A stretch of DNA of 64,000 nt, taken from positions 25,854-89,853 of the forward strand of contig JBBDWM010000024.1 of NCBI GenBank assembly GCA_040902845.1, read 5' to 3'. A model generated the notes under the pieces. It searched no databases. It was not told where the DNA came from and saw nothing but the letters and a program-made list of their open reading frames with translations. This document shows positions 18,325 through 27,449 of the stretch, in pieces (position 1 is the stretch's first letter; each line of letters begins with the position of its first letter). The position numbers and the translations under genes were made by a program. Source of the stretch: Acidimicrobiia bacterium (GTDB lineage: Bacteria; Actinomycetota; Acidimicrobiia; Spongiisociales; ZC4RG35).

Positions 18325-19284
18325 CTAGGTCGTATTCACCGACCCGGAGAAATCACCGAGGGCCAGGGCATCGCGCACCGACTCGGCGATCTCCCTCGCC
18401 ACCAGTTCCTGGGCTTCCACGGTTGACGCCCCGAGATGGGGTGTCAACACCACGTTGGGCAGATCGAGAAGTGGGCTGTCCGGTGAGAGCGGCTCGGACT
18501 CGAAGACATCGAGAGCCGCGCCGGCGAGGTGACCGTCGATCAACGCCTGGGCAAGTGCCTCCTCATCGATCACACCCCCCCTCGAGACGTTGACCAAGAA
18601 CGCGCCCGGCTTCATATGGGATATGGCGTCCTCGTCGATCAGGTGCAGGGTCTCATCGGTGAGGGGGACGTGGAGAGAGATGATGTCCCCGTGAGTCAGG
18701 ACCTCGTCGAGTCCGGTCAGAGCAAGGCCAAGGTCGTCTGCGCGTTCCGTGGTCAGATAGGGGTCGTAGACAAGGACTCTCATCCCAAAGGCCCGGCACC
18801 GAATGGCAACCTCGCTCCCGATCCGACCGGCCCCGACCAGGCCCAGGGTGCGGTCCTTGAGCTGCACACCCCTCAGACGCGAGCGCTCCCATTTCCCGGC
18901 GCGCATAGATCGGTCCGCCTCCGCCACCCGTCGGACAACCGAGAGGATCAATGCCATCGTGAGCTCGGCCGCAGCCACCGTATTGCCGGCTGGGGAGTTG
19001 AGGACTGCGATTCCCCGTTCGGTCGCCGCCGAAAGATCGATATTGTCCACCCCGACCCCGGCCCTTCCAACGACTTTGAGCCGCGGGCCGTACGCCAACA
19101 TCTCCCGGGTCACCTTGGTGGCGCTTCTGACCACCAGCCCGTCGGCATCGGCCAGGGCCGCCTGAAAGGCATCGGTCGCCGAGTCGTCGATCCGGATGAC
19201 CTGAAATCGATCGTCCTCCAGCAACGGAGCCAGACCCGACTCGGAGACGTGGTCGGTGACCACGACTCTGAAATGGTCACTCAT
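18325..19284 (-). CDS. D-isomer-specific 2-hydroxyacid dehydrogenase (short SerA-like phosphoglycerate dehydrogenase)
   Basis: It has the NAD-binding motif GLVGAGRIGSEVA and the catalytic R/E/H triad region. It is coupled by 4-nt overlap to the upstream aminotransferase. Confidence 0.8.
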   Translation of the reverse strand: MSDHFRVVVTDHVSESGLAPLLEDDRFQVIRIDDSATDAFQAALADADGLVVRSATKVTREMLAYGPRLKVVGRAGVGVDNIDLSAATERGIAVLNSPAGNTVAAAELTMALILSVVRRVAEADRSMRAGKWERSRLRGVQLKDRTLGLVGAGRIGSEVAIRCRAFGMRVLVYDPYLTTERADDLGLALTGLDEVLTHGDIISLHVPLTDETLHLIDEDAISHMKPGAFLVNVSRGGVIDEEALAQALIDGHLAGAALDVFESEPLSPDSPLLDLPNVVLTPHLGASTVEAQELVAREIAESVRDALALGDFSGSVNTT

Positions 19285-20378
19285 CGGATGACTGCTTCCA
19301 GGTCGTCGAGAAGGAGGTTCAACTCGGAGACGGTGCGGTCACCCATGTGCCCGATCCGGATCGTGGTCTCCTTTAGCTTCCCGTAGCCCGAGCCGATCAC
19401 CCAATTTCGCTCTTTCATGCCCGCCACGACATCGGGACCGGCGAGTCGCGGTGGGAGGCTGATGCAGGACACTGTTGGCGAGCGATGACCTTCGGGGGCA
19501 AACGGCGCCAACCCCAGTCCAGACATGTCATCGATCCACTCGAGCGTTCGCTCCCGCATCGCCGTGTGACGCTTCCACCGCGTCTCGATGCCCTCGGCGA
19601 GGATCCTCTCCAACTGCAACCGCAACGCGTACATCAGCGAGATCGCCGGTGTGGCCGGAGTTTGCAGAGCCTCCAGACTCCGGGTCAATGCAATCAGATC
19701 GAAATAGACACCTTTGTCGGACAGGGTGGCGGAACGCTCCAGCATCGCATCGGAGGCAACCCCGAAGGCCATGCCCGGCGGCAGCGCCAGGGCTTTCTGC
19801 GAACCGGTGAGCACCCAATCGAGAAGCCAATCGTCGGTGCGAACCTCGGTGCCACAGACTCCGGTGACCGAATCCACCAGCAGAAGGGCGCGCTCGTCGC
19901 CTGCCACCACCTGGGCCAGGCCTTCCAGGTCCTGGAGGACCCCGGTGGAGGTCTCCGAATGAGTGACGGTGACCGCGTCATAGACACCTGAGGCCAATCG
20001 ATCGGCGAGTCCTGCGGGGAGGTGATATTCACCCCACGGCACCTCCCATACATCGACGTTCCGCCCACAGGCTGTCGCGATGTCGACAAATCTCTTGGAG
20101 AACGCCCCATTGACCAGGGAGAGAACCTTGCCGTCTCCTACCCCGTTCCTGATCCCGGCCTCCATCAACCCAGTGGCCGAGGAGGTCGAGATGATCACGG
20201 GTCGCTCGGTGAGGAAGACCTGTTTCAGACCGACCTGGATCTCGGCGATCAGGTCCTGGATCGCCGATCCCCGATGACCGATCATGGGATGGGTTTGGGC
20301 AGCCAGCACCTCGGAATCCACCTCAGTGGGCCCGGGTAGGAAGAACCGACCAATCGACGTGGTTGCGTGCTGCCTCAA
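19281..20378 (-). CDS. Class V aminotransferase (serine-glyoxylate / phosphoserine aminotransferase-like)
   Basis: The 365-aa protein has a PLP-lysine region TGSQKALALPPG. Its operon with the SerA-like gene suggests serine metabolism. Confidence 0.8.
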   Translation of the reverse strand: MRQHATTSIGRFFLPGPTEVDSEVLAAQTHPMIGHRGSAIQDLIAEIQVGLKQVFLTERPVIISTSSATGLMEAGIRNGVGDGKVLSLVNGAFSKRFVDIATACGRNVDVWEVPWGEYHLPAGLADRLASGVYDAVTVTHSETSTGVLQDLEGLAQVVAGDERALLLVDSVTGVCGTEVRTDDWLLDWVLTGSQKALALPPGMAFGVASDAMLERSATLSDKGVYFDLIALTRSLEALQTPATPAISLMYALRLQLERILAEGIETRWKRHTAMRERTLEWIDDMSGLGLAPFAPEGHRSPTVSCISLPPRLAGPDVVAGMKERNWVIGSGYGKLKETTIRIGHMGDRTVSELNLLLDDLEAVIR

Positions 20379-20408
20379 GATATGTGCTCCGTTGGTTCCG
20401 AGCCCCCG

Positions 20409-20738
20409 CTATCCGTCGGCCAGGCTCAATGCGAACCGGACGTTATCCACCAACTCCCAACCGACCAATATCGGCTGGCCGCTGAGTCGATGCTCACGAA
20501 GGTGGGGGAGCGCAAATTCGTAGTCACCGTCGTCCACTGGAAGAAACAGCCACTCCTCACCCTCGACCAGCACCGAGAACGAGATCACCTGCTCCAGGCT
20601 TCCTTCGACGGAGATGACAACCCCCCGAGCGGTGCCCGAGGTTTGGGTGCAGGCCATGACCGCCACGAGCGCCACGATTCCGGTCAATCGGGCCGCGGAA
20701 TTCAGAAGGTGGCGGTCGGCGACCTTGGCCGCGGTCAA
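20409..20738 (-). CDS. Small lipoprotein (~109 aa), TTG start overlapping the ctaG stop (TTGA); hidden inside spurious track ORF 20409-21056
   Basis: In frame within the track ORF is ...(M)TAAKVADRHLLNSAARLTGIVALVAVMAC|TQTSG (a signal peptide plus lipobox), then GVVISVEGSLEQVISFSVLVEGEEWLFLPVDDGDYEFALPHLREHRL.... GC3 is about 80%, against about 61% for the competing plus-strand ORF 20367-20894. Confidence 0.45.
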   Translation of the reverse strand: MTAAKVADRHLLNSAARLTGIVALVAVMACTQTSGTARGVVISVEGSLEQVISFSVLVEGEEWLFLPVDDGDYEFALPHLREHRLSGQPILVGWELVDNVRFALSLADG

Positions 20739-21544
20739 CCCGCCCTCAGCGACGATTCCAACCTCTCCCAGTCCCGCTCCTGCTTGGTCCAGCGGAACCA
20801 GATCACCGCAATGGTCCCCCACAACAAAAATCCTCCTCCCAGCTTCATGATGACGCCGGCGATCGTCTGGTCGGCCACCGCGGTGAGGCCGTAGGCGAGG
20901 GCAGCGTCGCCATAGACCGGGTAGATCGGGACCGAGGAAAAGGTGAGAAACGAAGCCGGGACGGTAGGAAGCAGGGACTGGAGGAACAGATAGAGCATCT
21001 GGGCGGGCGGGGTAAGACGCGGGATCGCCGCGGTAGGCGAGAAGATCGGGAGCCACATGAGGATCGCCGCACCGAACAGCCAGGCGTGGACAAAGAAATG
21101 AATCGACCGACTGGTCAGCATCCAGCCCACCAGTTCGGGCCAGTGGATCAGGATAAACGTGGCGTTGAAGATGACGAACGCCGCCACCGGTCGTGCCAGG
21201 GGCCGCAACAGTCGCGCCACCTTCGGGTGTCCGAATGTGGCGTCACCCAGCCAGCGCGGACAGCCCCGAAGCAGCAAAGGCGGCACCACCAGGGCAAGGA
21301 CCATGTGCTCGATCATGTGCAGGGTGAACAAGGCAGTCTCCCCGATGTCGTGGATCGGCCACCCGGAGACCACCAAGAGCAGAGCGAGGGCCCCATACCA
21401 CTGCCAGCGCTGGCCCGCCGTCGCCCGGGGCGCTTCGGGGGCCATCAGCGGCCGGAGACGCTTGTCGGCGTACCAGTACCCGAAACCGAGGACGAAGACC
21501 AACAGCCACAGGTCGAAGTGTGGGTGCCAGGGAGGCAACGGCAT
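20735..21544 (-). CDS. ctaG: Cytochrome c oxidase caa3-type assembly factor CtaG (Caa3_CtaG family)
   Basis: The 269-aa multi-TM protein has the HMIEHMVLALVVPPLLL motif. Confidence 0.75.
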   Translation of the reverse strand: MPLPPWHPHFDLWLLVFVLGFGYWYADKRLRPLMAPEAPRATAGQRWQWYGALALLLVVSGWPIHDIGETALFTLHMIEHMVLALVVPPLLLRGCPRWLGDATFGHPKVARLLRPLARPVAAFVIFNATFILIHWPELVGWMLTSRSIHFFVHAWLFGAAILMWLPIFSPTAAIPRLTPPAQMLYLFLQSLLPTVPASFLTFSSVPIYPVYGDAALAYGLTAVADQTIAGVIMKLGGGFLLWGTIAVIWFRWTKQERDWERLESSLRAG

Positions 21545-21852
21545 CAGGATCCCCTGATGACCAGGACTCCCAGGGCGGCCAGGACCACGGTGTAGAGAGA
21601 AGCGGCCAGCACGAAGCCGCCGGTGAAGAAGCGGCTCAGGGTCGACTTCTCGTACCGGAGATGCATATAGAAGGCCACGACGATCACGAACTTCAGCGTG
21701 GCCAGGATGATGAGTGAGATGGCGTTCAGGGCGCCCAAGTCGTAGGACTTGTTCACGTAGTACATACCCACCTCGATGGCGGTGAGTACCCCCAACAGCA
21801 CCGCGATCTTCCAGTATTGGGCCGGTGTCGGGTGGTGATGCTCCGCGGTCAT
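21544..21852 (-). CDS. Cytochrome c oxidase subunit IV (prokaryotic CoxIV)
   Basis: The 102-aa protein has two TM helices and sits immediately downstream of ctaE. Confidence 0.7.
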   Translation of the reverse strand: MTAEHHHPTPAQYWKIAVLLGVLTAIEVGMYYVNKSYDLGALNAISLIILATLKFVIVVAFYMHLRYEKSTLSRFFTGGFVLAASLYTVVLAALGVLVIRGS

Positions 21853-22478
21853 GCGGGCGGCACCGACAACAGATAGACGACGGTGAAGATGACGATCCAG
21901 ATGATGTCGACGAAGTGCCAGTAGAGGCCGACCAGTTCGAGGTTCATCCCGTGTTTCTCACTGAGCCCACCCGGACGTCGTGAGATGCCCCACAGGGAGA
22001 GAAGCATGATCACACCGATCGCCACATGGGTGCCGTGAAACCCGGTGAGGACATAGAAGGCGGAGGCCGCCGGGTTGGTGGTGAGCTTCATGTCGTTGTT
22101 GACGATGAATTCGGTGAACTCGAAGACCTGGCCGCCGAGGAACACCGCGCCCAGGGCCGCAGTGGCGAACAACCAGGTCCTGGTCCCGTTGATGTCGGCT
22201 CGCGTCAGGGCGTTGTGGGCGAGGACCATCGTCAACGAGCTCATCAACAGGACGAACGAACTGACCGAAGTGAATGGTATGTCGTAGATCTCGGAGGGAT
22301 AGGTGCCGGCAAATCCCGCCCGGTTCGAATACAGCAGGTAGTTCGAGATCAGGGCGCCGAAGAACAGGAACTCCGAGCTGAGGAACAGCCACATCCCGAG
22401 TTTGCGGTTGTCGACACCTGTCGACTCGCGTTCGGGATGATCCAATGGAGCCTCGTGGAGGATCTCAGCCATAGCCAC
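21849..22478 (-). CDS. ctaE: Cytochrome c oxidase subunit III
   Basis: The 209-aa protein reads GMWLFLSSEFLFFGALI ... LYWHFVDIIWIVIF. Confidence 0.9.
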   Translation of the reverse strand: MAMAEILHEAPLDHPERESTGVDNRKLGMWLFLSSEFLFFGALISNYLLYSNRAGFAGTYPSEIYDIPFTSVSSFVLLMSSLTMVLAHNALTRADINGTRTWLFATAALGAVFLGGQVFEFTEFIVNNDMKLTTNPAASAFYVLTGFHGTHVAIGVIMLLSLWGISRRPGGLSEKHGMNLELVGLYWHFVDIIWIVIFTVVYLLSVPPA

Positions 22479-24507
22479 CCTCGTGCTTGTCAGAGTGCTC
22501 CCCGTCGTCGTGTTGGACGAGATGCGGTTCCTCGAGCGGCTCGATCGCCCACCCGACCACCGAGATGAGGCCGATGATGACGCCGACGAAGATCATGGCC
22601 TTGCCCCAGAGTGCCTCGTGGTAGATGATCCCGTAGAAGATGGTCGGGAAAGCGGTGGCCATGAAAAAGGGGAAATATGAGGGATTGGGGAGGTGGATCG
22701 GCGAGGCCGGGTTGAGCTGATCATGCTCGATCTTGGCCACGATCTCATCCGCATCCGGCTTGCGCACCGCCCGCCCATCCGGGTCTTCGTCGTACTTGAG
22801 ATGCCAGAAATGGTCGAGACGGGTAACCACCGGGGGCACCGCGAAGTTGTACTCGGGCGTGGGGTTGGGACTCATCCACTCAACGGTCCTCGCGTCCCAT
22901 GGGTCGAGGCCGGAGAGCTGGCCGCGGCGCTTGCTGGTGACCCAGTTGACGATGAAGATCGCAATGGAGAGGGCGATGATGAAGGCACCCACGGTCACCG
23001 CCAGGTTCCACGGCTCGAGACCGGTCTCCGGTGCGTACTTCCAGGTTCGACGAACCATCCCCTGAAGACCCAACCAGTGCATTGGGGCGAAGGTGAGATT
23101 GAACCCGAGCAACTGGAGCCAGAAATGGGTCTTGCCCAGTTTCTCGTTCATCACCCTCCCGGTGAGCTTGGGGAACCAGTAATAGAGGCCGCCGAAGAGC
23201 CCGAAGATGGCGCCGCCGAACAGCACATAATGGAAGTGGGCCACGATGTAATAGGTGTCTGTCTGCTGCCAGTCCGAGGGGACGACGGCGTGGGTCACCC
23301 CGGAGAGCCCGCCGATGGTGAACATGGCCAAAAACCCGATGGCGAACAGCATCGAGGTGTTGAGCCGTATTCGACCCATCCACATCGTCCCCAGCCAGTT
23401 GAAGATCTTGATCCCGGTGGGAATGGCGATGGTCATCGTCGACAGGCCGAAAGCCGCCTGGGCCACCGGGGTGATTCCCGAGGCGAACATGTGATGGGCC
23501 CACACCCCGAAGCCGAGGAAACCGATGGCGGCGCCGGCAAAGACCACCGCCGAATAGCCGAAGAGGGGTTTGCGCGAGAAGGTGGGGAGGATCTCGGAAA
23601 CCATCCCCATCGCAGGCAGGACCAGGATGTAGACCTCGGGGTGGCCGAACAACCAGAACAGGTGTTGCCACAGAATTGGATCTCCCCCGCCAACGGGGGC
23701 GAAGAACAACGACCCGAACTGACGGTCGAACGTCACCATGAACAGCGCTACCGCGATGATCGGGATTGAGAACAGCAGAAGGAACGCCACAACCATCGAC
23801 ATCCAGACAAACACCGGCATTCGGAGCAGGCGCATCCCCTTGGCCCGCAGGTTGAGGATGGTGACGATGAAGTTGACCGCAGAGACCAAGGAGGCAAGGC
23901 CCAGGATCTGCACCCCCAACGCCCAGTAGTCCATAGCGGTGCCCGGCGAGTAGAGCGGCCCGGCGTTGGGCTGGTAGCCGAACCATCCCCCGTCAGGTGA
24001 GTTGGCAAGGAAGTTGAAGCTGCCGGGTCCTCCCCCGAGAGCCAGGTTGCCGTCGACACCTCCGATGCCATCGACCCCGACCGGGGCCAGAGAGGTGCCG
24101 AAGATGAAGGTCGAATAGAGGAAGATCCCGCCGAAGAGGAAGACCCACCAGGAGAGGGCGTTCAACCTGGGGAAGGCAACGTCCCGCGCTCCGATCATCA
24201 GCGGGAGCAGGTAATTCATGAATGCAGCCCCGGTCGGCATCACGAAGAGAAAGATCATCGTGGTGCCATGCATGGTGAACAGGGCGTTGTAGGCGCCGGC
24301 GGTGAGGAACTCGCTGTTGGCCTGGGCAAGTTGGATCCGAAGCAGCAAGGCCTCGACACCGCCGATGATGAAGAAGGTGAAGGCCGCGTAGCCGTACATG
24401 ATGCCGATCCGCTTGTGATCGACGGTCGTTATCCACGACCAGATACCGGTCTTCGCCGATGGACGGCGAAAGATGGTGGTCTGCGGTCGCTCGGCGGTGG
24501 CGGTCAT
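22465..24507 (-). CDS. ctaD: Cytochrome c oxidase subunit I, with a ~100-aa C-terminal extension carrying two extra TM helices
   Basis: It has GHPEVYILVLPAMG and the conserved heme/CuB histidines. The 680-aa length is about 100 aa longer than a typical CtaD. Confidence 0.9.
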   Translation of the reverse strand: MTATAERPQTTIFRRPSAKTGIWSWITTVDHKRIGIMYGYAAFTFFIIGGVEALLLRIQLAQANSEFLTAGAYNALFTMHGTTMIFLFVMPTGAAFMNYLLPLMIGARDVAFPRLNALSWWVFLFGGIFLYSTFIFGTSLAPVGVDGIGGVDGNLALGGGPGSFNFLANSPDGGWFGYQPNAGPLYSPGTAMDYWALGVQILGLASLVSAVNFIVTILNLRAKGMRLLRMPVFVWMSMVVAFLLLFSIPIIAVALFMVTFDRQFGSLFFAPVGGGDPILWQHLFWLFGHPEVYILVLPAMGMVSEILPTFSRKPLFGYSAVVFAGAAIGFLGFGVWAHHMFASGITPVAQAAFGLSTMTIAIPTGIKIFNWLGTMWMGRIRLNTSMLFAIGFLAMFTIGGLSGVTHAVVPSDWQQTDTYYIVAHFHYVLFGGAIFGLFGGLYYWFPKLTGRVMNEKLGKTHFWLQLLGFNLTFAPMHWLGLQGMVRRTWKYAPETGLEPWNLAVTVGAFIIALSIAIFIVNWVTSKRRGQLSGLDPWDARTVEWMSPNPTPEYNFAVPPVVTRLDHFWHLKYDEDPDGRAVRKPDADEIVAKIEHDQLNPASPIHLPNPSYFPFFMATAFPTIFYGIIYHEALWGKAMIFVGVIIGLISVVGWAIEPLEEPHLVQHDDGEHSDKHEGGYG

Positions 24508-25559
24508 TCGTTGCTCTCCAACCAGATGATCAGATCGTCGATCTCCTGAGCGGTTAGGGCCAGGTTGGGCATGAAGCTACCGGGTTTCACCGAGGGTGGA
24601 TCCGCCAGCCACTCCTTGAGCGCCCCCTCCCGGGTCTCGCCCTCACCGGGCAGGGTGGCTCCGGCAAACACGTTGCGTGAGGCGAAATGGGTGAGCTCGG
24701 GACCGGAGAAGGCGTCGTCGGGAACGATGTTGGGATTGGTGTCAAAACGCACGGTGTGACACTGGATGCATCCCTTGGCCAGGTACACCTGATAGCCGGC
24801 GTACTCGGGACTGCCTTCGGTGGGGAGCGGGGTCGTATCGGCCTGATCGGCCAGCCACCCCTCGTACTCCGCCGGGGGCAGCGCGAGCACCCGGGCCCGC
24901 ATCAACGAGTGGGAGAGGCCACAGAACTCGGCGCACTGACCCCAGAACTCCCCTGGCTCGTCTGCTTGGAGCCGCAACTGGGTGGTCTGGCCCGGAATCA
25001 GATAGCGCTTCCCGTTGAGGGCCGGAACCCAGAAGTTGTGGATCACATCCTCGGACGTCATGTTGGCGCAGACCTCCTGGCCCGCCGGAATCACCATCAC
25101 GTTGGCCGTCGCCACCCCGGCTTCGGGGTAGCGGTACTCGAACCACCATTGATGCCCGATCACCTCGATCTCGATCGCGCCCTCACCGCACTCGGTCAGA
25201 TCGAAGACGGCCGCCGTGGTTGGGACTGCAATCCCGGCCAGGATCAAGGCGGGGATCACTGTCCACAGCACCTCGAGTTTCGGGCTTCCATGAAGCTGCT
25301 TAGCCTCCTTGGCGCCCTCCCGGTCCCGATAGAGAAAGACGGCGACCAGGATCGCCCCCTGGACGAGGATGAAGACCGCGGTTGCGATCCAGAAAACCGG
25401 CCAGAACAGCTCGTCTTCGCGACGGGAGAAAGGCCCCTTCGGGTCCAGCGCCGTCATCGGGGCATCCTCGATACCGATCAGCGAACAGGCGCTGAGAACC
25501 ATGGCGGCCCCGACCAAAATGCCGAGGCGTGCAAGACGTTGACGGGACGGGGCCATCGG
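24504..25559 (-). CDS. ctaC: Cytochrome c oxidase subunit II with fused C-terminal cytochrome c domain (caa3-type)
   Basis: It has the CuA site HNFWVPALNGK...CAEFCGLSHSLM and a C-terminal CIQCH heme-c motif. The likely start is MAPSRQRLARLGILVGAAMVLSAC. The track's upstream 40 aa come from the palindromic repeat. Confidence 0.85.
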   Translation of the reverse strand, partial: PMAPSRQRLARLGILVGAAMVLSACSLIGIEDAPMTALDPKGPFSRREDELFWPVFWIATAVFILVQGAILVAVFLYRDREGAKEAKQLHGSPKLEVLWTVIPALILAGIAVPTTAAVFDLTECGEGAIEIEVIGHQWWFEYRYPEAGVATANVMVIPAGQEVCANMTSEDVIHNFWVPALNGKRYLIPGQTTQLRLQADEPGEFWGQCAEFCGLSHSLMRARVLALPPAEYEGWLADQADTTPLPTEGSPEYAGYQVYLAKGCIQCHTVRFDTNPNIVPDDAFSGPELTHFASRNVFAGATLPGEGETREGALKEWLADPPSVKPGSFMPNLALTAQEIDDLIIWLESNE

Positions 25560-25631
25560 TTCGGCATCATACGGACCTCGCCAACGAGCGACCAACTTCT
25601 GAGCTGTGCCCAGAATTCCGGGGTGAGGCCC

Positions 25632-25686
25632 CCCGTAATTGAGACACAGAGGGGTCACATGCGGACCTGAGGGTCCCAATTACGGG
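25632..25686. repeat. 55-bp palindromic element, copy B (reverse orientation, ~85% identical to 11836-11890), inside the cta operon between the lipoprotein stop and the ctaC start
   Basis: It reads CCCGTAATTGAGACACAGAGGGGTCACATGCGGACCTGAGGGTCCCAATTACGGG. Its reverse complement aligns base-for-base with copy A, with an imperfect stem. Confidence 0.7.
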
Positions 25687-25695
25687 AAGGACCCC

Positions 25696-26529
25696 TCAGG
25701 GGGCCACTGCGTCGATCGCCGAGCTCAGTTCCTCGTCACGGACAGCTCCCTCGAAGGAGGCGGTGACGGTCCCGGAACTGTCGACTACGAACACCCAGGG
25801 CTCCGAGGGCAGACCCCATTCACTGACCGCCGGCACCGCGGTCAACTGGCTCTGGTCGGTCACGGTGAGGTCCTCGTAGATCTCGACGTGGATGAAAGCG
25901 ACGCCGGGGTAGCTCTCGCGGAGGTTCTTGACCTGATCCAGAATGGGCCCACAGGTTGCACTCGCGCAGAACCCCGGGGTGGCGAAAACGATCACCACAG
26001 GATCCCCGCTCATCACCGCTTGGGCGACAGACACTTCGTACATCGCCGGGTCGGGGTCAGGATCCGAGCTGATCTCTGCGAGGTCGGGGTAATCGGCCGA
26101 AATCCGGGTCTCCGAGGCCGGGGCAGTGTCACCGCGCTCGATGACACCAGGATCGTCGACCGCCACCAACCCCATCGGGCCCGCGGTGTCGAATCCCTCG
26201 GCGTCGAGCGTCACCTGGTAGGTGGCTGCCTCGGGGATCATCATCCGGGCCACATAGAGACCTCTGACGTCTTCGACGGTCCACATGAACTCGGTCGGAT
26301 AGGTCTCGATGGGGGCGCCGTTTTGGTCACGAAGGGTGACCGTGGCTGGGTGATCGGGGGAGGCCAGATACTCGTTGGTCTCCTGGTCGATCAACGCGAA
26401 CATGATTCGCTGCTCGCCCACCCCAATGCCGGCTTGCGAGGAAGCGATGATGGCAAACGGAGTCACCGCCTCTGAGGAGCAGGCCCCTACGACAAGTAGC
26501 ACGCCAGCCAGGACCAGGCCACGTCTCAT
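25696..26529 (-). CDS. Lipoprotein with C-terminal thioredoxin-like domain (atypical CxxxxCGP motif); possible CuA/oxidase maturation factor (TlpA/Sco-like)
   Basis: It has the signal peptide plus lipobox MRRGLVLAGVLLVVGAC|SS and the C-terminal stretch VVIVFATPGFCASATCGPILDQ...PWVFVVDSSGTV. It overlaps the ctaB stop by 4 nt and sits directly upstream of ctaC. Confidence 0.55.
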   Translation of the reverse strand: MRRGLVLAGVLLVVGACSSEAVTPFAIIASSQAGIGVGEQRIMFALIDQETNEYLASPDHPATVTLRDQNGAPIETYPTEFMWTVEDVRGLYVARMMIPEAATYQVTLDAEGFDTAGPMGLVAVDDPGVIERGDTAPASETRISADYPDLAEISSDPDPDPAMYEVSVAQAVMSGDPVVIVFATPGFCASATCGPILDQVKNLRESYPGVAFIHVEIYEDLTVTDQSQLTAVPAVSEWGLPSEPWVFVVDSSGTVTASFEGAVRDEELSSAIDAVAP

Positions 26530-27449
26530 CGGATCAGCACGTCCAGCATCACCGAAGCGAATAGCGCAGCGAGATACACCGTCGATGTGGTGAAAAGACG
26601 CATGGCCTCATCCGGGTGGAGATAGACCCTCCAGCAGTCCCAAAGAAACCATGCGCCGAGGCCGATTGCGGCCAGCAGGTAGATCCAGCTCATCCCGGCC
26701 ACCGGAACCAGGAGCAGGGTGACGCCGACCATCACGGCCGTGTAGAGGAGCATCTTCCTTGTCGTTGCCTCCACCCCAACGACCACCGGGAGCATCGGGA
26801 TCCCGGCCCGGGCATAGTCCTCCCGATAGCGGATGGCCAGGGCCCAGAAATGAGGGGGGGTCCAGTAGAACACGATGAAGAACAGAACCCAAGCCGGCAA
26901 GGCGACCCCACCCGTGATCGCCGCCCAACCGACCAATACCGGAGCCGCCCCGGCTGCTCCCCCGATGACGATGTTCTGAGTCGTCGACCGTTTCAGCGCC
27001 ACCGTGTAGACGAACACATAGAAGAGAAGTGCTGCCGTTGAGATGGCGGCGGCCAGCAGGTTGGTTGTGACCCAGAGCCATGCGAACCCTGCGATGCCGA
27101 GGCAAATGCCGAAGACGAGGGCGTTGGTCGGGGCCACCTCGTGTTGGGCCAGCGGCCGACCTTTGGTGCGTCGCATCACCGCGTCGATGTCACGATCGAA
27201 GTAGCTGTTCAGCGCGTTGGCGCCGCCTGCAGACAGTGTGCCCCCGATCAGGGTGGTGATCAGGATCCATGCTCCCGGCCAGGTCCCGGCCGCCAGCACC
27301 ATCGCAGGCACCGTGGTGATGAGGAGCAATTCGATGATGCGGGGCTTGGTCAGCGCCAGGTAAGCCATGACAGTCGACCGGGTGCGTTGGGCGGGCACCG
27401 ACATGACGACGTCAGGTGTGACCGGCGATCCTGGAAGATCAGTCGACAT
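26526..27449 (-). CDS. ctaB: Protoheme IX farnesyltransferase (heme O synthase)
   Basis: The 307-aa UbiA-family protein reads NSYFDRDIDAVMRRTKGRPL ... WTPPHFWALA. Confidence 0.9.
   Translation of the reverse strand: MSTDLPGSPVTPDVVMSVPAQRTRSTVMAYLALTKPRIIELLLITTVPAMVLAAGTWPGAWILITTLIGGTLSAGGANALNSYFDRDIDAVMRRTKGRPLAQHEVAPTNALVFGICLGIAGFAWLWVTTNLLAAAISTAALLFYVFVYTVALKRSTTQNIVIGGAAGAAPVLVGWAAITGGVALPAWVLFFIVFYWTPPHFWALAIRYREDYARAGIPMLPVVVGVEATTRKMLLYTAVMVGVTLLLVPVAGMSWIYLLAAIGLGAWFLWDCWRVYLHPDEAMRLFTTSTVYLAALFASVMLDVLIR

Noticed and set aside
20367-20894. 175-aa plus-strand ORF in the ctaG / aminotransferase gap
   Set aside because: GC3 is about 61% versus about 80% for the minus-strand lipoprotein frame. 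It also runs 160 bp into ctaG on the opposite strand.
22693-23769. 358-aa ORF, plus 22880-23986 and 23993-24436
   Set aside because: They are antisense or frame-shifted within ctaD and R/H/G-rich. ctaD is unambiguous.
24687-25670. 327-aa plus-strand ORF, and 25639-26475 plus-strand ORF
   Set aside because: They are antisense to ctaC and the thioredoxin-like lipoprotein. The 25639 start again lies in the palindromic repeat.
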